Of a stretch of DNA of 64,000 nt, positions 1-10,806 are shown piece after piece. The DNA lies in contig NW_005434662.1 in NCBI RefSeq assembly GCF_000315625.1, forward strand, positions 154,307 through 218,306, read 5' to 3'. How positions within the stretch are numbered: the first letter of the stretch is position 1; the number at the start of each line of letters is the position of its first letter. The notes beneath the pieces were generated by a model that saw only the letters and a program-made list of their open reading frames with translations, ran no database searches and was not told where the DNA came from. Source of the DNA: Guillardia theta CCMP2712 (lineage: Eukaryota > Protista > Cryptophyta). A program made the translations under genes and the position numbers.

Positions 1-1298
1 TGGAAACCTTGGCGGGGTAGGGAGGGAGGGAGGGAGGGAAATATTCAGTCAGTGAGGGTGGGAAGAAGTTTGAGGATTCACCTGAAGTCGAAAGACACAC
101 TCATCAACCGAGGTCAACTCAGACAGAACTGTCATGAACGTGAGGAGGGAGAGGAGGAGGAGGAGGAGGAGGAGGAGGAGGAGGAGGAGGAGGAGGAGGA
201 GGAGGAGGAGGAGGAGAGGGCAGGGAGGAGGAGAAGGTGGTGGTGGATGAGGAGAAAGATGGGTGGTTCATAGGTGTTGGTCTCCACCAGACTGAAGGAC
301 TTGATGGAGGTCTTGCGACTGCTTGTAGACATGATAGACACGAGCTACTGCCGACCTCATCCTTTCGCTCCTTCCCAGCAGGCAGTCACACGCCCGATAG
401 ACCCTCTCCTGTCTCACCGTATGAAATGCTGATGAGCGAACGCTATCGGATCTTCGTCTACTTGCAGCAGAATCACTTTCACCGTCTTCTTGCCTGCCGC
501 CAGCTTTCTGCCCGTCACTTCTCGCACCGCAACCTCCTCCCTACCTGTCCTGTCTCCACGACATCGCACGTTTCTAGCTCGTTGAAAAAGTCCAGCATGC
601 GCTGATAGTGGGTTCCCTGGACCTGAAGACATGTTCCACATTCATGCCTCCTCCTTTTCTTCCCATCCTCATTACTCCCTTCCTCATTCTCCCCTCCTGC
701 TCTCCCCTTGCCCCACCTCCTTTCCTTCATCTGCCCCTCTTCCTCCTGCCCTGCTCCTTCTCTCTCTTCTCCTCCTCATCAACCTGGACAGCGAGGTTGA
801 CCTTCATGTCTCTCTTGCGAGCAGCAGCTGAGTGGGGGTACCAACTGCCATGGCTGGTCAGCTCCTCGCCATGGCCCGACTTTTCGCACCATTGCGACCC
901 GAACTTGCACACTCCGCATGCTACGAAGTTCGGGCATGCCGGTCGCTCTTCCTTAGGGAGATGCAACATCTGGCACTTCGCAACCGTGACGGTGAGGAAG
1001 GAAAAGACAAGACAAGACGAGGAAACAACAGGAGGGACAGGAGGAGGAGACAGGAGGAGGAGACAGGAGGAGGAGGAACTAGAGGGAGCCAGTGTACCTT
1101 CTCTCCGTGAGGACATTCTCCCTTCATGTAGAAGTGACAGAGAAGTCGCCCATTCACACGAAGCAGCTGAGTGTGAGATCAGCGCGCGCCCTCCTCCCTT
1201 CCTCCTCCCTCACCCTTATCCCGTCCCTACGATTCTTGTCGGCATGGCAAGCGAAGGGGGAGAACTTAGGCTGCTCCATCCCCTTAGAGTCTGCCATG
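1..1298 (-). CDS. Tandem CCCH zinc-finger protein (multi-exon, 3' end runs off the window)
   Basis: Splicing GT-AG introns gives MADSKG...RLLCHFYMKGECPHGEK|CQMLH (C-x7-C-x5-C-x3-H) and CPNFVACGVCKFGSQC|WYPH (C-x8-C-x5-C-x3-H). Further exons read VQGTHYQRMLDFF... and VLSELTSVDECVFRLQ. Confidence 0.8.
151..215. repeat. (GAG)n microsatellite, probably intronic
   Basis: About 21 perfect GAG units seen directly. Confidence 0.95.
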
Positions 1299-1330
1299 CT
1301 GCTCAGAGCCGAGTGATGACGAGAAAGAGG

Positions 1331-1492
<162 letters not shown>

Positions 1493-1622
1493 GTAGGCGG
1501 GGAGGTGCGGGCGGTCTGGGGAAAAGGGATCGGGGGCCGTGCAGGGAGCAATGACGAGACCCCCGATTAGGATGAGGCGCAATGGTGGAGGAGGCTGCGA
1601 TGGATGCAGATGCGCATGAGAT

Positions 1623-3035
1623 ATGACTGCTCCTCTCCTGTCCCTCCTCCCCTTCCGCCTCCTGCTCCTGCTCCTCCTGCTCCTCCTGTTCCTTCCTCAG
1701 TCCGGCAGCATAGAGCCCCTTCTATCTGACTCGCTGCTGCACCAAGTGGCTGCTGACGGCAAGGTCGAGCATGCACGTGAGCTGCTGTTCTCTTCCCCCC
1801 ATCTTGTCAATGCCGAAGATGCTTTGTCGCAGACACCGTGAGCAATCCGCATCGTCTCCTCCCTCCTTCTCCGCCTCTCTGCTCTTCTGGCTCTGGGGTC
1901 CTTGCTCCTCCTTCGTCACCTCCCTCCCTGCTCCCTGCTCCCTGCTCCCTGCTCCCTGCTCCCTGCTCCCTGCTCCCTGCTCCCTCGTCCCTCGTCCCTC
2001 GTCGCTCCTCCCTGCTCCCTGCTCCCTGCTCCCTCTTCTTTCTCACCAGCTGCTGCAGATTGCATGCAGTTTGCTACATCTCTCCTTGTCAATCTGCCAA
2101 GACGCTCTCGGGCAGGCAGCAGTGTGAGGAGTCTCACCGAGCAAGGAGACTAGAGATGGCGGAGTTGCTGATCCAACATGGAGCCGACGTGAACGCTATG
2201 GACGAGGAAGGAAAGACTGCGCTGTGAGCTCAGCTTACGCGATGGCAGAGGCTGACGTTCTGTGCTGTCACCAGACACTATGCTTCCATGTCAGGTCTCC
2301 TTGACGTCTGTGGGGTTCTGATGCGAGCAGGAGGGGAGGTGAATGCGAGGTCCTAACAGCCACGGGAGGTTCTTGTGCTGACATGGATGGTGTTAGAGAC
2401 GAGAAGGGCTGGACCCCCCTGCACTTTGCTGCTGCCGAGGGCCATGCAGACATGGCAAGAGAACTCCTTGGTGAGTGAAAGGGGGTGTAATTTTGATCTG
2501 TTGTCAAATTTGGCCTGCTGTCAATCCTGGCTAGTAGAGTTTTGTAGTATACTTGCAAATCGCGATGCTTCTTTCTACATGCGTGTTTTCCTGAAATGTT
2601 CCTGTTCTCCTATTTTCTTTGAGCTTTCTGTTTTTTACGAGTCGTTTTTCTGATTATGTATGTTATGTATCGTTTCCCTTGTGTTCTTGTCCGAAGGATT
2701 GCGATGGAAAATAACGTGTTCTCCAACAGAGCGAGGTGCGAAGGTTGACGAACAAACCAACTCAGGGTCAACCCCATTGATGTTTGCTGTAAGTGAGGAA
2801 AGTGTGAAACAATAATGAAGTTCGTTTGCGTCAGGTCGATGGGGAACACGTGGAATCCGTGCTTGTATTGCTAGCAAACGGAGCAGATCCTGACATCCAA
2901 GACAAGCTGGGCATGACGAGCTTACTCCTCGCCAACTCCACGCAAGGTGATCAAGCAGCCGTCAATCTTTCTCAGTGCTACAAGCGACTCACGGTGACTG
3001 TGATGCGGCAGGAAAGCAGAGGCATCGGCTCTTGA
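1623..3035 (+). CDS. Ankyrin-repeat protein with putative signal peptide
   Basis: Exons encode LLHQVAADGKVEHARELL...VNAEDALSQTP, LLIQHGADVNAMDEEGKTAL, DEKGWTPLHFAAAEGHADMARELL and LLANGADPDIQDKLGMTSL. The N-terminus is a Leu-rich hydrophobic stretch. Confidence 0.8.
1925..2032. repeat. (CTCCCTG)n heptamer tandem repeat in intron
   Basis: Seen directly, with a few CTCGTCC variant units. Confidence 0.9.
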
Positions 3036-3561
3036 AGGTTCTTAGTGACAAGTCCCACCATAAGATGAAATGAATTCCGAGTAGCCGCAGCAAGCGCGAG
3101 TCTCACGGTACCCGTAGGGCCGAAACGCAGTGACGGCGCCGCGATCACGATCGGATGATCCTGGCATCTCGGATCATCCGGGCTACTGAGTGGGCCACCC
3201 CGCGACTCAGACACTCCGATCGGCGGGGCAGTCAATCCGGCGGGCAGTCCCAGCCAGGCCGAGCCTGCCTGTGACTGTGACTGTACGGTAGTACGGTAAC
3301 TGAGTCGGCACTGCGGCCGCCGGGTCGGAGGCAGACTCTCGTTTGATCTTGCCCCCTGACGGATTGGATTGCACCGTCCGATCACAGGCCGCTGCCATGA
3401 TACTGTACTACTATGTGACTCAGCATCATTGATGATACTAGCCTAGCGGCGCCGGACCGGGCCGGGCCGGGCGGCCGGGCGGGCCGGGGGCCGGGCCGGG
3501 GGCCGTTGACTTCCAGTCATCCATCTTTCTCGGATTCGAGCTGCACAGCGAAGGGACAATA

Positions 3562-4577
3562 ATGCTGTTTTGGTCTGGGAGGCTAGGAAGGGAGAGGGCG
3601 GCGGTGATGCAGGCCATGGGAGCCTGTGCTCTCCTTGTGCTGTGCCTAGTCATGCAGCCTTCAAGGCAGAGGCACGTGCTGGAGAGCAAAGTGAAGATGA
3701 TGGACGGAGATTCCTGCATGGGTGAGGATTGCGGGCCAAACACTGCCGATGTCGCTGCGGTACAGGTATGTCATTGTGGGATATTCTCCATTGTCTTCCT
3801 CTTTTTGAAAGTCTTGCAATTTTCTATGATATCTGAATCCTCTCTCAATGCTGCCTTGCGATCTTCTTTCTCTCATTCAAAGTTGATTTGTTATCCTTCC
3901 ATCAACTTGTATCGTCGATGTTTAGCTGTATCGCATCTGCCTCGCCTGAACCTGTGTTCCCTCTTGCAGGGCGCGCAAGCTGGATCGATCTTGGCTGCCG
4001 ATGCTACTGAAGCCTCTATCGCATCCGATGCAGCGGCAGCAGCCAGCACGGCAACAGAGCTGATCCCTCTGGTCCTTCTCCGACAGACCAAGAAGCCCGT
4101 ACGCGCACAGATGAAGCAGCAGAAGTTGCAGCAGCGAGTGCTGGACGCGCCATACCGCTTGGCTGGGTACAGTGTAGCCGATTACAATCCAAGTGCGCCG
4201 TCAGCAGATCCATGGTCTGGGTAAGCTTGCATGCTCCTCTCTAGGCTCGCGTGCTGTTCTCTTGCAGTGCTGCTGCACTACCTGCCTCGGGTTTCCCTCA
4301 CAAGTGTCGCAGAAATCCCGAGATGGTATCGGTCCCAGCGGTCGAGAAGACTGCATCCAGGTTGTTTCTTTGTACATCTCTCTGACTGCAACTGATCGCC
4401 AACTACAGCCAAGATGAGGATAAGAAATCTCTTAGATTTGGCCAAGCCCCCAAACATGCACGACTTTCGCTCCGCGAGCGGATCGCACTGAACCGTTTCC
4501 GAAAGGAAGAGCAACTCAAAGCTGAGCAGATGCGAAGACACGAGAGGCTCGTACACACCATCGATCACTTGATTTAG
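3562..4577 (+). CDS. Hypothetical protein with N-terminal signal anchor (4 exons)
   Basis: Hydrophobic GACALLVLCLVM segment. GT-AG introns at about 3766-3969, 4221-4267 and 4360-4408 give one open frame ending ...TIDHLI*. Confidence 0.55.
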
Positions 4578-4691
4578 ACTGATCCGAACCAGCCAACTAT
4601 GGGACTCCTGCTGGAGGTTTTCGAGCCATGGATGTTTGTACAGGAGAAGTGTTGTTTAAGATAGAATAAACATCTTGTATCGCAGATAAGA

Positions 4692-5995
4692 TCAGATGTC
4701 ATCTTCATACGCAATCCGAACGTGGGTAGCGCTGTCTTGGAGGGCCTGAAATATCAATCCGGTGAGACATGGAAGTGCACCTGTATCAAACAAAAGATGG
4801 AATGGCGCGAAGCTCTTGCCTTATCTCGTAGATATTGTAATGCTCCACCAACAAAGAAGCCCGCGATGCCTCCAACTAGAACAGCAAGTCAGTGACAGCA
4901 CTTGGGATGAAGGAGAATACAGAATGTGTTCCATGCTTGATCTTCGTCGAATCTGCAGCAGCTTCACGTCCTGGACATCAACAATATGGTTCACACACCT
5001 GATGTGCAGCTTTGTATCATCTTCGACATCGAAAAGACCGAAAGACAATCCAAAAATGCCGCCCATAATGATAGACGAGATCATCACAACATATATCTGC
5101 AGAGCTCGGGTGACGACACGAATGCTCGTGATTGTTCACTTCATCTACGCACTTGCTTCGACGAACTAGCGACAGGAGGCACGATGAAATCGGCAACATC
5201 ACCAAGGTATCTTTGCAAACAAGCATGAGCAAATGCTGCGGAAAGATTGACATGGAGCAGTCACATGGCGTTGTTGCAGCATAGGTTGCGTTGATTGATA
5301 AGATCAACAATCGAGAATGTCAAGGCAAAGCACAAGCTGGTCCCTAGGATCGTGTACATTGGAAGTTTAATGGCTGGGCTGAGCCCGACCAACCAATCCT
5401 TGTTGAGGAGGAAACCTGCAATGTTGAATGAGACGGAAGAGGGACACAGAAGTAGAGGCATGTAGATATATCAATGGGATGGTGATGGTAATGGTGGTGG
5501 TGCTGGTGGTGGTGATGATGATGATGATGACGACGACGAGGAGGAGGAGGAGGAGGAAGAGAAAGAGGAGGAGGAGAAGGAAGAGTGGACAAAGTGACAG
5601 CGTGGGAGTTTGGGAGGGAGAAACAATTGAGATTCTCACAGCAGATTCCCGAGGAGAGGATGAGAGTAGAGAAAACAAACACGAGGAATCGCCAGCGGGT
5701 CATCCTCTCCCCAGGCTCAGGCGCGACTCTCCATATGATCAGCCCGCCGATGACGATCAGGCATAGGCCGAAGAGCATAGCAAAGTATGGCGACTGTCCC
5801 ACCTGCGTGACGGAGTGAAGGGAGGATGCGGACAAAGACAAAACCTCGAAGAGGGCGGCATCGACGATGAGAGATATGAAGGCGCCGAAGCACATGCCCA
5901 CAACAGAAGAGACTGTTCAGAATTCATGAGAGCTTCTCCTCGGTATGCGAGCAGACATTCGGCTCACGGGCATAGTCGAGTCGGTCCGAGGGCAT
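4692..5995 (-). CDS. Multi-pass membrane protein of unknown function
   Basis: Spliced product: MPSDRLDYALSSVVGMCFGAFISLIV...YFAMLFGLCLIVIGGLIIWR...KLPMYTILGTSLCFALTFSIVDLIN...IMGGIFGLSFGLFDVED...GGIAGFFVGGALQYLRDK|ALQDS...EDDI*. About 6 hydrophobic segments. Confidence 0.7.
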
Positions 5996-6698
5996 CGTTG
6001 CAAGGCTGTCACGATCGTGGAGTGGCTGCTCCCAGCATGGCGTGAAGGGCAGGAGAGATCAGCAGGAAGGAGGATGCAGACTCTCGTCGTCCTCCTCTCC
6101 TCTCATGCCAACGCCTCTTCGTCCCTCTCTCCTCTCCTCATCTCCCCTCGCAGCTTCCAGCGCCACACCGCATACTTGCAGCCGTTAAAAACCCGGGCTA
6201 AACTTGCTATTGCAGCTACAACGACTTTTGACCTCAGGATGACCGTGCTGGACCATGGGTGATCGTCATCGGTCAAACTTTCGGCATGGTGCGGTGATGT
6301 TGACAGGCTCCTCAAGACCTCCACTGCCTTGAAGCAGGAAGAAGCTCTGAGCCTCCTTCTCTAGTGACAGCGGCTGCCTCACGGTGACACCGCCCGGCCG
6401 TACTACCGTAGTACAGTGCCGTCTAGTACGGTCCGGTCAACTTGGCAACGGGTGATCGGACTGCGGAAGTCCGGCGACGGACAGCCGGACGGTAGGTATG
6501 GTCAAGGTATTACGGTCACGGTATCGACTCAGAGCCGTACCGTCACGGGAGATCATTCGCCGCCGATACTTCAGGCCTGGCATCGACGAGCGGCATCGAG
6601 TCAGGCTGAGGTCATCTAAGTGAAACTGTGATCGGACTCCGTGAACTTCAATCAGTGTTTTCAAGTTTAGTGCTCCACACACAGTCGCTCCATGAAGC

Positions 6699-7919
6699 AT
6701 GATGCAACGAAATAAAGCCAGTAGAACATGTAGCTTCCGTAAGCTAGTTCTCTTTGCCCTCCTCCTCTACCCTTTGATCGTAGCTCTCAATCTCAATCTC
6801 AGGTACTCTTTACCCCCGGCAGCCCTAGAGCAACGAGCTGGGGCGGTTTCACAAGTGGTTGGGTCAGCCTCTCCTGCCGTGGGGTGCGGCAATGAGATCT
6901 CGGTCAAAGGCATGGCATGGGTGGGACCATACTTTCCCTTCTACTTGACGGGAGGCGTCCGCATTGCAACTCAGACGATGACCAGCTTGAAGGCGGCCAA
7001 GAAGCGGTGCCAGGAGCTGCAAGACTGCGGAGGCATAACGGGATACTGGAAGGCGGCGAGCATGCCTGAGCTTGAGTGGCAGTGGGAGCTGCGAGGAAGG
7101 AACAGTCAGAGGAACGAGATGTGGGTGCAGCCATCGAAGGTACATGAGGTGACGTACTTGTACAACAGAAACCTGTCAAACGTTTAGCGATGTTGTTCAA
7201 GGAGCTTTCAAGGAATGCTTCCTCTTTTTTACATCAACTTGGCGTACAGATCCGATAGGCGAGAGAACCTGCTGTCGTACTTGGCAGGAAAAGGAGTTGA
7301 CGTCGAGGAGCATGTAATCCGTCAGAACGGTGTCAATAGGAGTCTTTTTTCCAACGCCACAGAAATCATCACGAAACTGGAAGGCTTGTCCGTCTCCGAA
7401 GAGGACTTTTGGAGTCATTTCAAGGTGCAAGGGAAGTTTCCAGACATTGAAAGCAATCTATACAAGGGCAGGATTGCGAGCTGGATTGTTCATCGGATGG
7501 TATGGAAAAGAATTCTCAGCATCCGCCATGAACATGAGTGGTATATCATCGTCGAAGATGATGTCAAGATGATCGACGATGTCGATGCTCTCATGGAAAA
7601 ATTGAGTTTGACGACATGCTTACATCCGTCAGTTGAAATCATCTACCTCACGGGGCGTCAAGTGCCAAATTTCTTTCCTGGCAACGTGGTGAGTTACCTG
7701 GGTGTGGACGCATACGTGGTCTCTGCCAAGGTCATCAAGAAGCTACTCGACAACACTGTGTTGGGTGACCCCAAGATCAACTCTCTCGGCATCGACACTT
7801 ACCTCTCCACTCTTGTCCGAAGAGGAGTGATCGATGCTCGAATGATAGAAGGAGGGAACGCTTTTGTGAACAGCTGGAGGGAGTTTGCATCTGACATCAT
7901 AGTGAAGGACAAGCCGTGA
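6699..7919 (+). CDS. Glycosyltransferase family 25-like type II membrane protein
   Basis: GT25 hallmarks: FYINL..RSDRR, H..VWKRI, IIVEDDV, G..AYVVS, IDTYL. It joins the upstream TM-containing ORF through a 48-nt phase-0 intron at 7140-7187. Confidence 0.8.
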
Positions 7920-8158
7920 TGGGTGAACTTGCCATACACTAATCTCTTCGCTGTACCCGCTGCTGCTGAGTTCTTTCTCTGACAATGCGGCAACGTGAGT
8001 TGAGGCGCGGACCTCCATGAGAAGACGCTCCTCAAGCTGTGTTACAGCTACCACGAAGTTTGCCAGAGTCAGCCAGGTCATAAGAGTCAAGTTGTCAAGG
8101 ACGGAGCTGTTATATGAGGCACGTTCAAGACTCTGGTAGTTCAAGGAAATCTCTACAA

Positions 8159-8549
8159 ATGGACAACGATGATGGCGATGATTGCGATAGTGGTCGAGGC
8201 TACAGCAACCCTAGCAGTTGTTGTGCAGAAGCGGATCCACTGACAGGGGCGAAAAGAACAAAAACACAACAAGAAAGTGATTGAAGCTGCTGTTGAAAGT
8301 GACGATTCTGTGATCATTTTAGTCCTGATGTGTCTTGTTGCAGCTGAGGTCGCAGACAACAACATGCCCGACCTGCTTGCTGAAGCTAAGGCAGGGGATC
8401 ATCGCAGGAGCAATGCGCTAGAATGGGAGGGTGATGATGTGCAGATAGAGGGCGATGCTGGGTACGAGAGGGGCGACGTAGCCTCTTGCGCGGAGAAAGT
8501 TTGGGGTAAAAGGATGAAGAATGTGCGACCATTGGCCGAGATGTTTTGA
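8159..8549 (+). CDS. Small acidic hypothetical protein (2 exons)
   Basis: MDNDDGDDCDSG...QQE joins in frame to TEVADNN...RPLAEMF* across a GT-AG intron at about 8277-8343. Confidence 0.35.
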
Positions 8550-8657
8550 TGTTGGTGTCATCCTCACTCTGCCAAGTCCTTGTTCCTCGCTTGCTAAGAG
8601 ATTGCAATCATAACGACAAGTCGCTATCATTCGTTACAGTGAGCGGTTGCGATAGAA

Positions 8658-9349
8658 TCAAAAGAATGAAGTCTTTACGAGATCCCGTATTTGGTTCGCC
8701 ATCATTGCACCTTCCGAATGTCGTCAATGAACAAGATTGCACGAGATTGAACCACCTTCAGCTCGTTGGACAACAGCCCCATCCTTGATCAGAAGAAGAG
8801 TTGGCAGCGCGTACACCTGTTATCGAGTGAGTGAAGTAACTTAGTCGGCAAGTCCTACCTGCATGAGAGTTGCGAGTCTCTCATTCTCGTCCGTGTTGAT
8901 CTTGAGGAATCTCACTTGATCTTTCATGGTTTGTGCTACTTCCTCCAGCTGAGGGGCAACCAACCGACAAGGGCCGCACCATTCAGCATAGAAATCAACC
9001 ACCAGAGGTTTCGTTTCTTCCTGCGCAACCATCAGAGGTGATCTCCAGACTAGAGCTGCAGGAGCTCTGCAACTGCATTTCACACCTGAATGATGACCTC
9101 AAATGTTTCGGCATCAACCGCCTCCACAGCTCCCGCCATCCTCAAAGTCGTCCTCACATTCCCCTGGTTCTGGATCCGGCCTCTACCTGTCGATGGAGAT
9201 AAACCAGCACAAAGAGCGCGGCTACGGAGGAAAGAACAGGACGCAGCTGGCAGCAGAGGTCTGCATGCCGAGTATCCTGTGAGCTGAAACGCTTCGGCCA
9301 ACTGCATCGCCACCAGCGCCACCGCTAGTCCCCACACCCGCATCGACAT
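8658..9349 (-). CDS. Plastid-targeted thioredoxin (WCGPC)
   Basis: Core sequence VVDFYAEWCGPC...KINTDE...VYALPTLLLIKDG...EGAMMANQIRDLV. The signal peptide ends in AEA-F and is followed by a Ser/Arg-rich transit peptide. Confidence 0.9.
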
Positions 9350-10806
9350 TTTCGCCTCCCCAAGTGAGGCCCTCATCCCCTTACAATGCTTCGTCGGACA
9401 CAGCCTGGACACAGCCTCGGACAGCTGCTCGGACAGCAGCTCGGACCGTACAGAGCCTCGGATCCCTGCCAGGCTCGGATCCTGCTCGGATCAGCATGCA
9501 ACTTGCGGCATGCTCTGGGCAGGACAGACCAGAAGATAGACAGCGGTACAGAGAACATCAGCAGGATCTCTACGAGGATTCCTGGCAGGATCAATTCAAT
9601 CATGCGTGACATGTAGCTATATGCTGATTACAGACTTCATTTTGATGAGGAGCGGAGAAAGTGCCACAGCATCGATCAACATTCATTGTACGCATCGCTC
9701 AGCAATCATTGTACGCATCACTCAGCAATCATTGTGCAGGCCTTGATGCCATTATTTTGGACGTGTGCCATAAGTTGGTTGAGGTTATGCAGATGACAGT
9801 AGGAGCAACGTGCTTGAGGGGCCCTAGCATTCCTAGAGGAGGATGGGAAGTGAAAGTTGTTTTCATCGTTGCGGCAGACAGGCTGGAAAGCTGTCGGATC
9901 GACTCGATCGAGGGTTGCAGGGCGCTAGAGGAGGACGGAGAAAGAGCGGGCATGAAAGGAAGCATGCGGAGGTAGCGAGCGTTGAAATCCTTAAGACCTC
10001 GCTGCATCAAGGGGGGCCTCAGCAATTGGTTGGAGGAAGAGACAGCAATACGTCTTTAGGACGTGAGAGGGTCATGAAGGCAGGTGCTTCAGGATGAGAC
10101 TACACCAAAGTTGTCACTATCATTACACGTGGATGATAAACGTGTTGAAAAACTCCCCAGTCGTCGTGCGACGTTCTGATCTCCTCGCGCTTGCAGTTCT
10201 AAGCACCGTGCTTTGCAGAGCAGTTTTCTCACGTGCATGACACATATCTTCAACAATACATGAACCAGGAAGTATGGGTGCCTGAAGCGAAGAGAGGTGC
10301 TATCATTTCTGTTTCAACATCATGGTAGCATGATGGCAGAGGCAAGTTGATTCATAGACATGCATGGCCCTTGCACTTGGTGCGTTTGACCTGCCTGACA
10401 GCAGAGCCGCTGTCTGCAATGGCAGGATCGCTCGATGGAGAGATCCCATGCTCCGACCTCAGTGTTCCGTTGGAAGGCCTCCAAGAGCGACTGCATCGCA
10501 ATCTCAATCGTGCTGCTGATCCCCTTCTCCTCCCTCTGCTCCAGTGACAGGTGTCGCCCCCACCATTTTCAACTTCAATTAAATCTACACGCCATTACCC
10601 CCCCACCGGCTGTGCTGAGGCAAGCTCGATAAATAGTAGGATAGAGGGTCCTACGCTATCGGAGGACAACTTTAAAAGACACTATTACTTTTTCCTGAGA
10701 ACATTTGAAGATTACATTTGTATTTTTCAAGATTCAAAGGATTGTATGAAACTTGTTCGACGGGGGTAGGGTGGAGCCTAGCCAGGGTTGAAGGAGCTCG
10801 GCCCCC

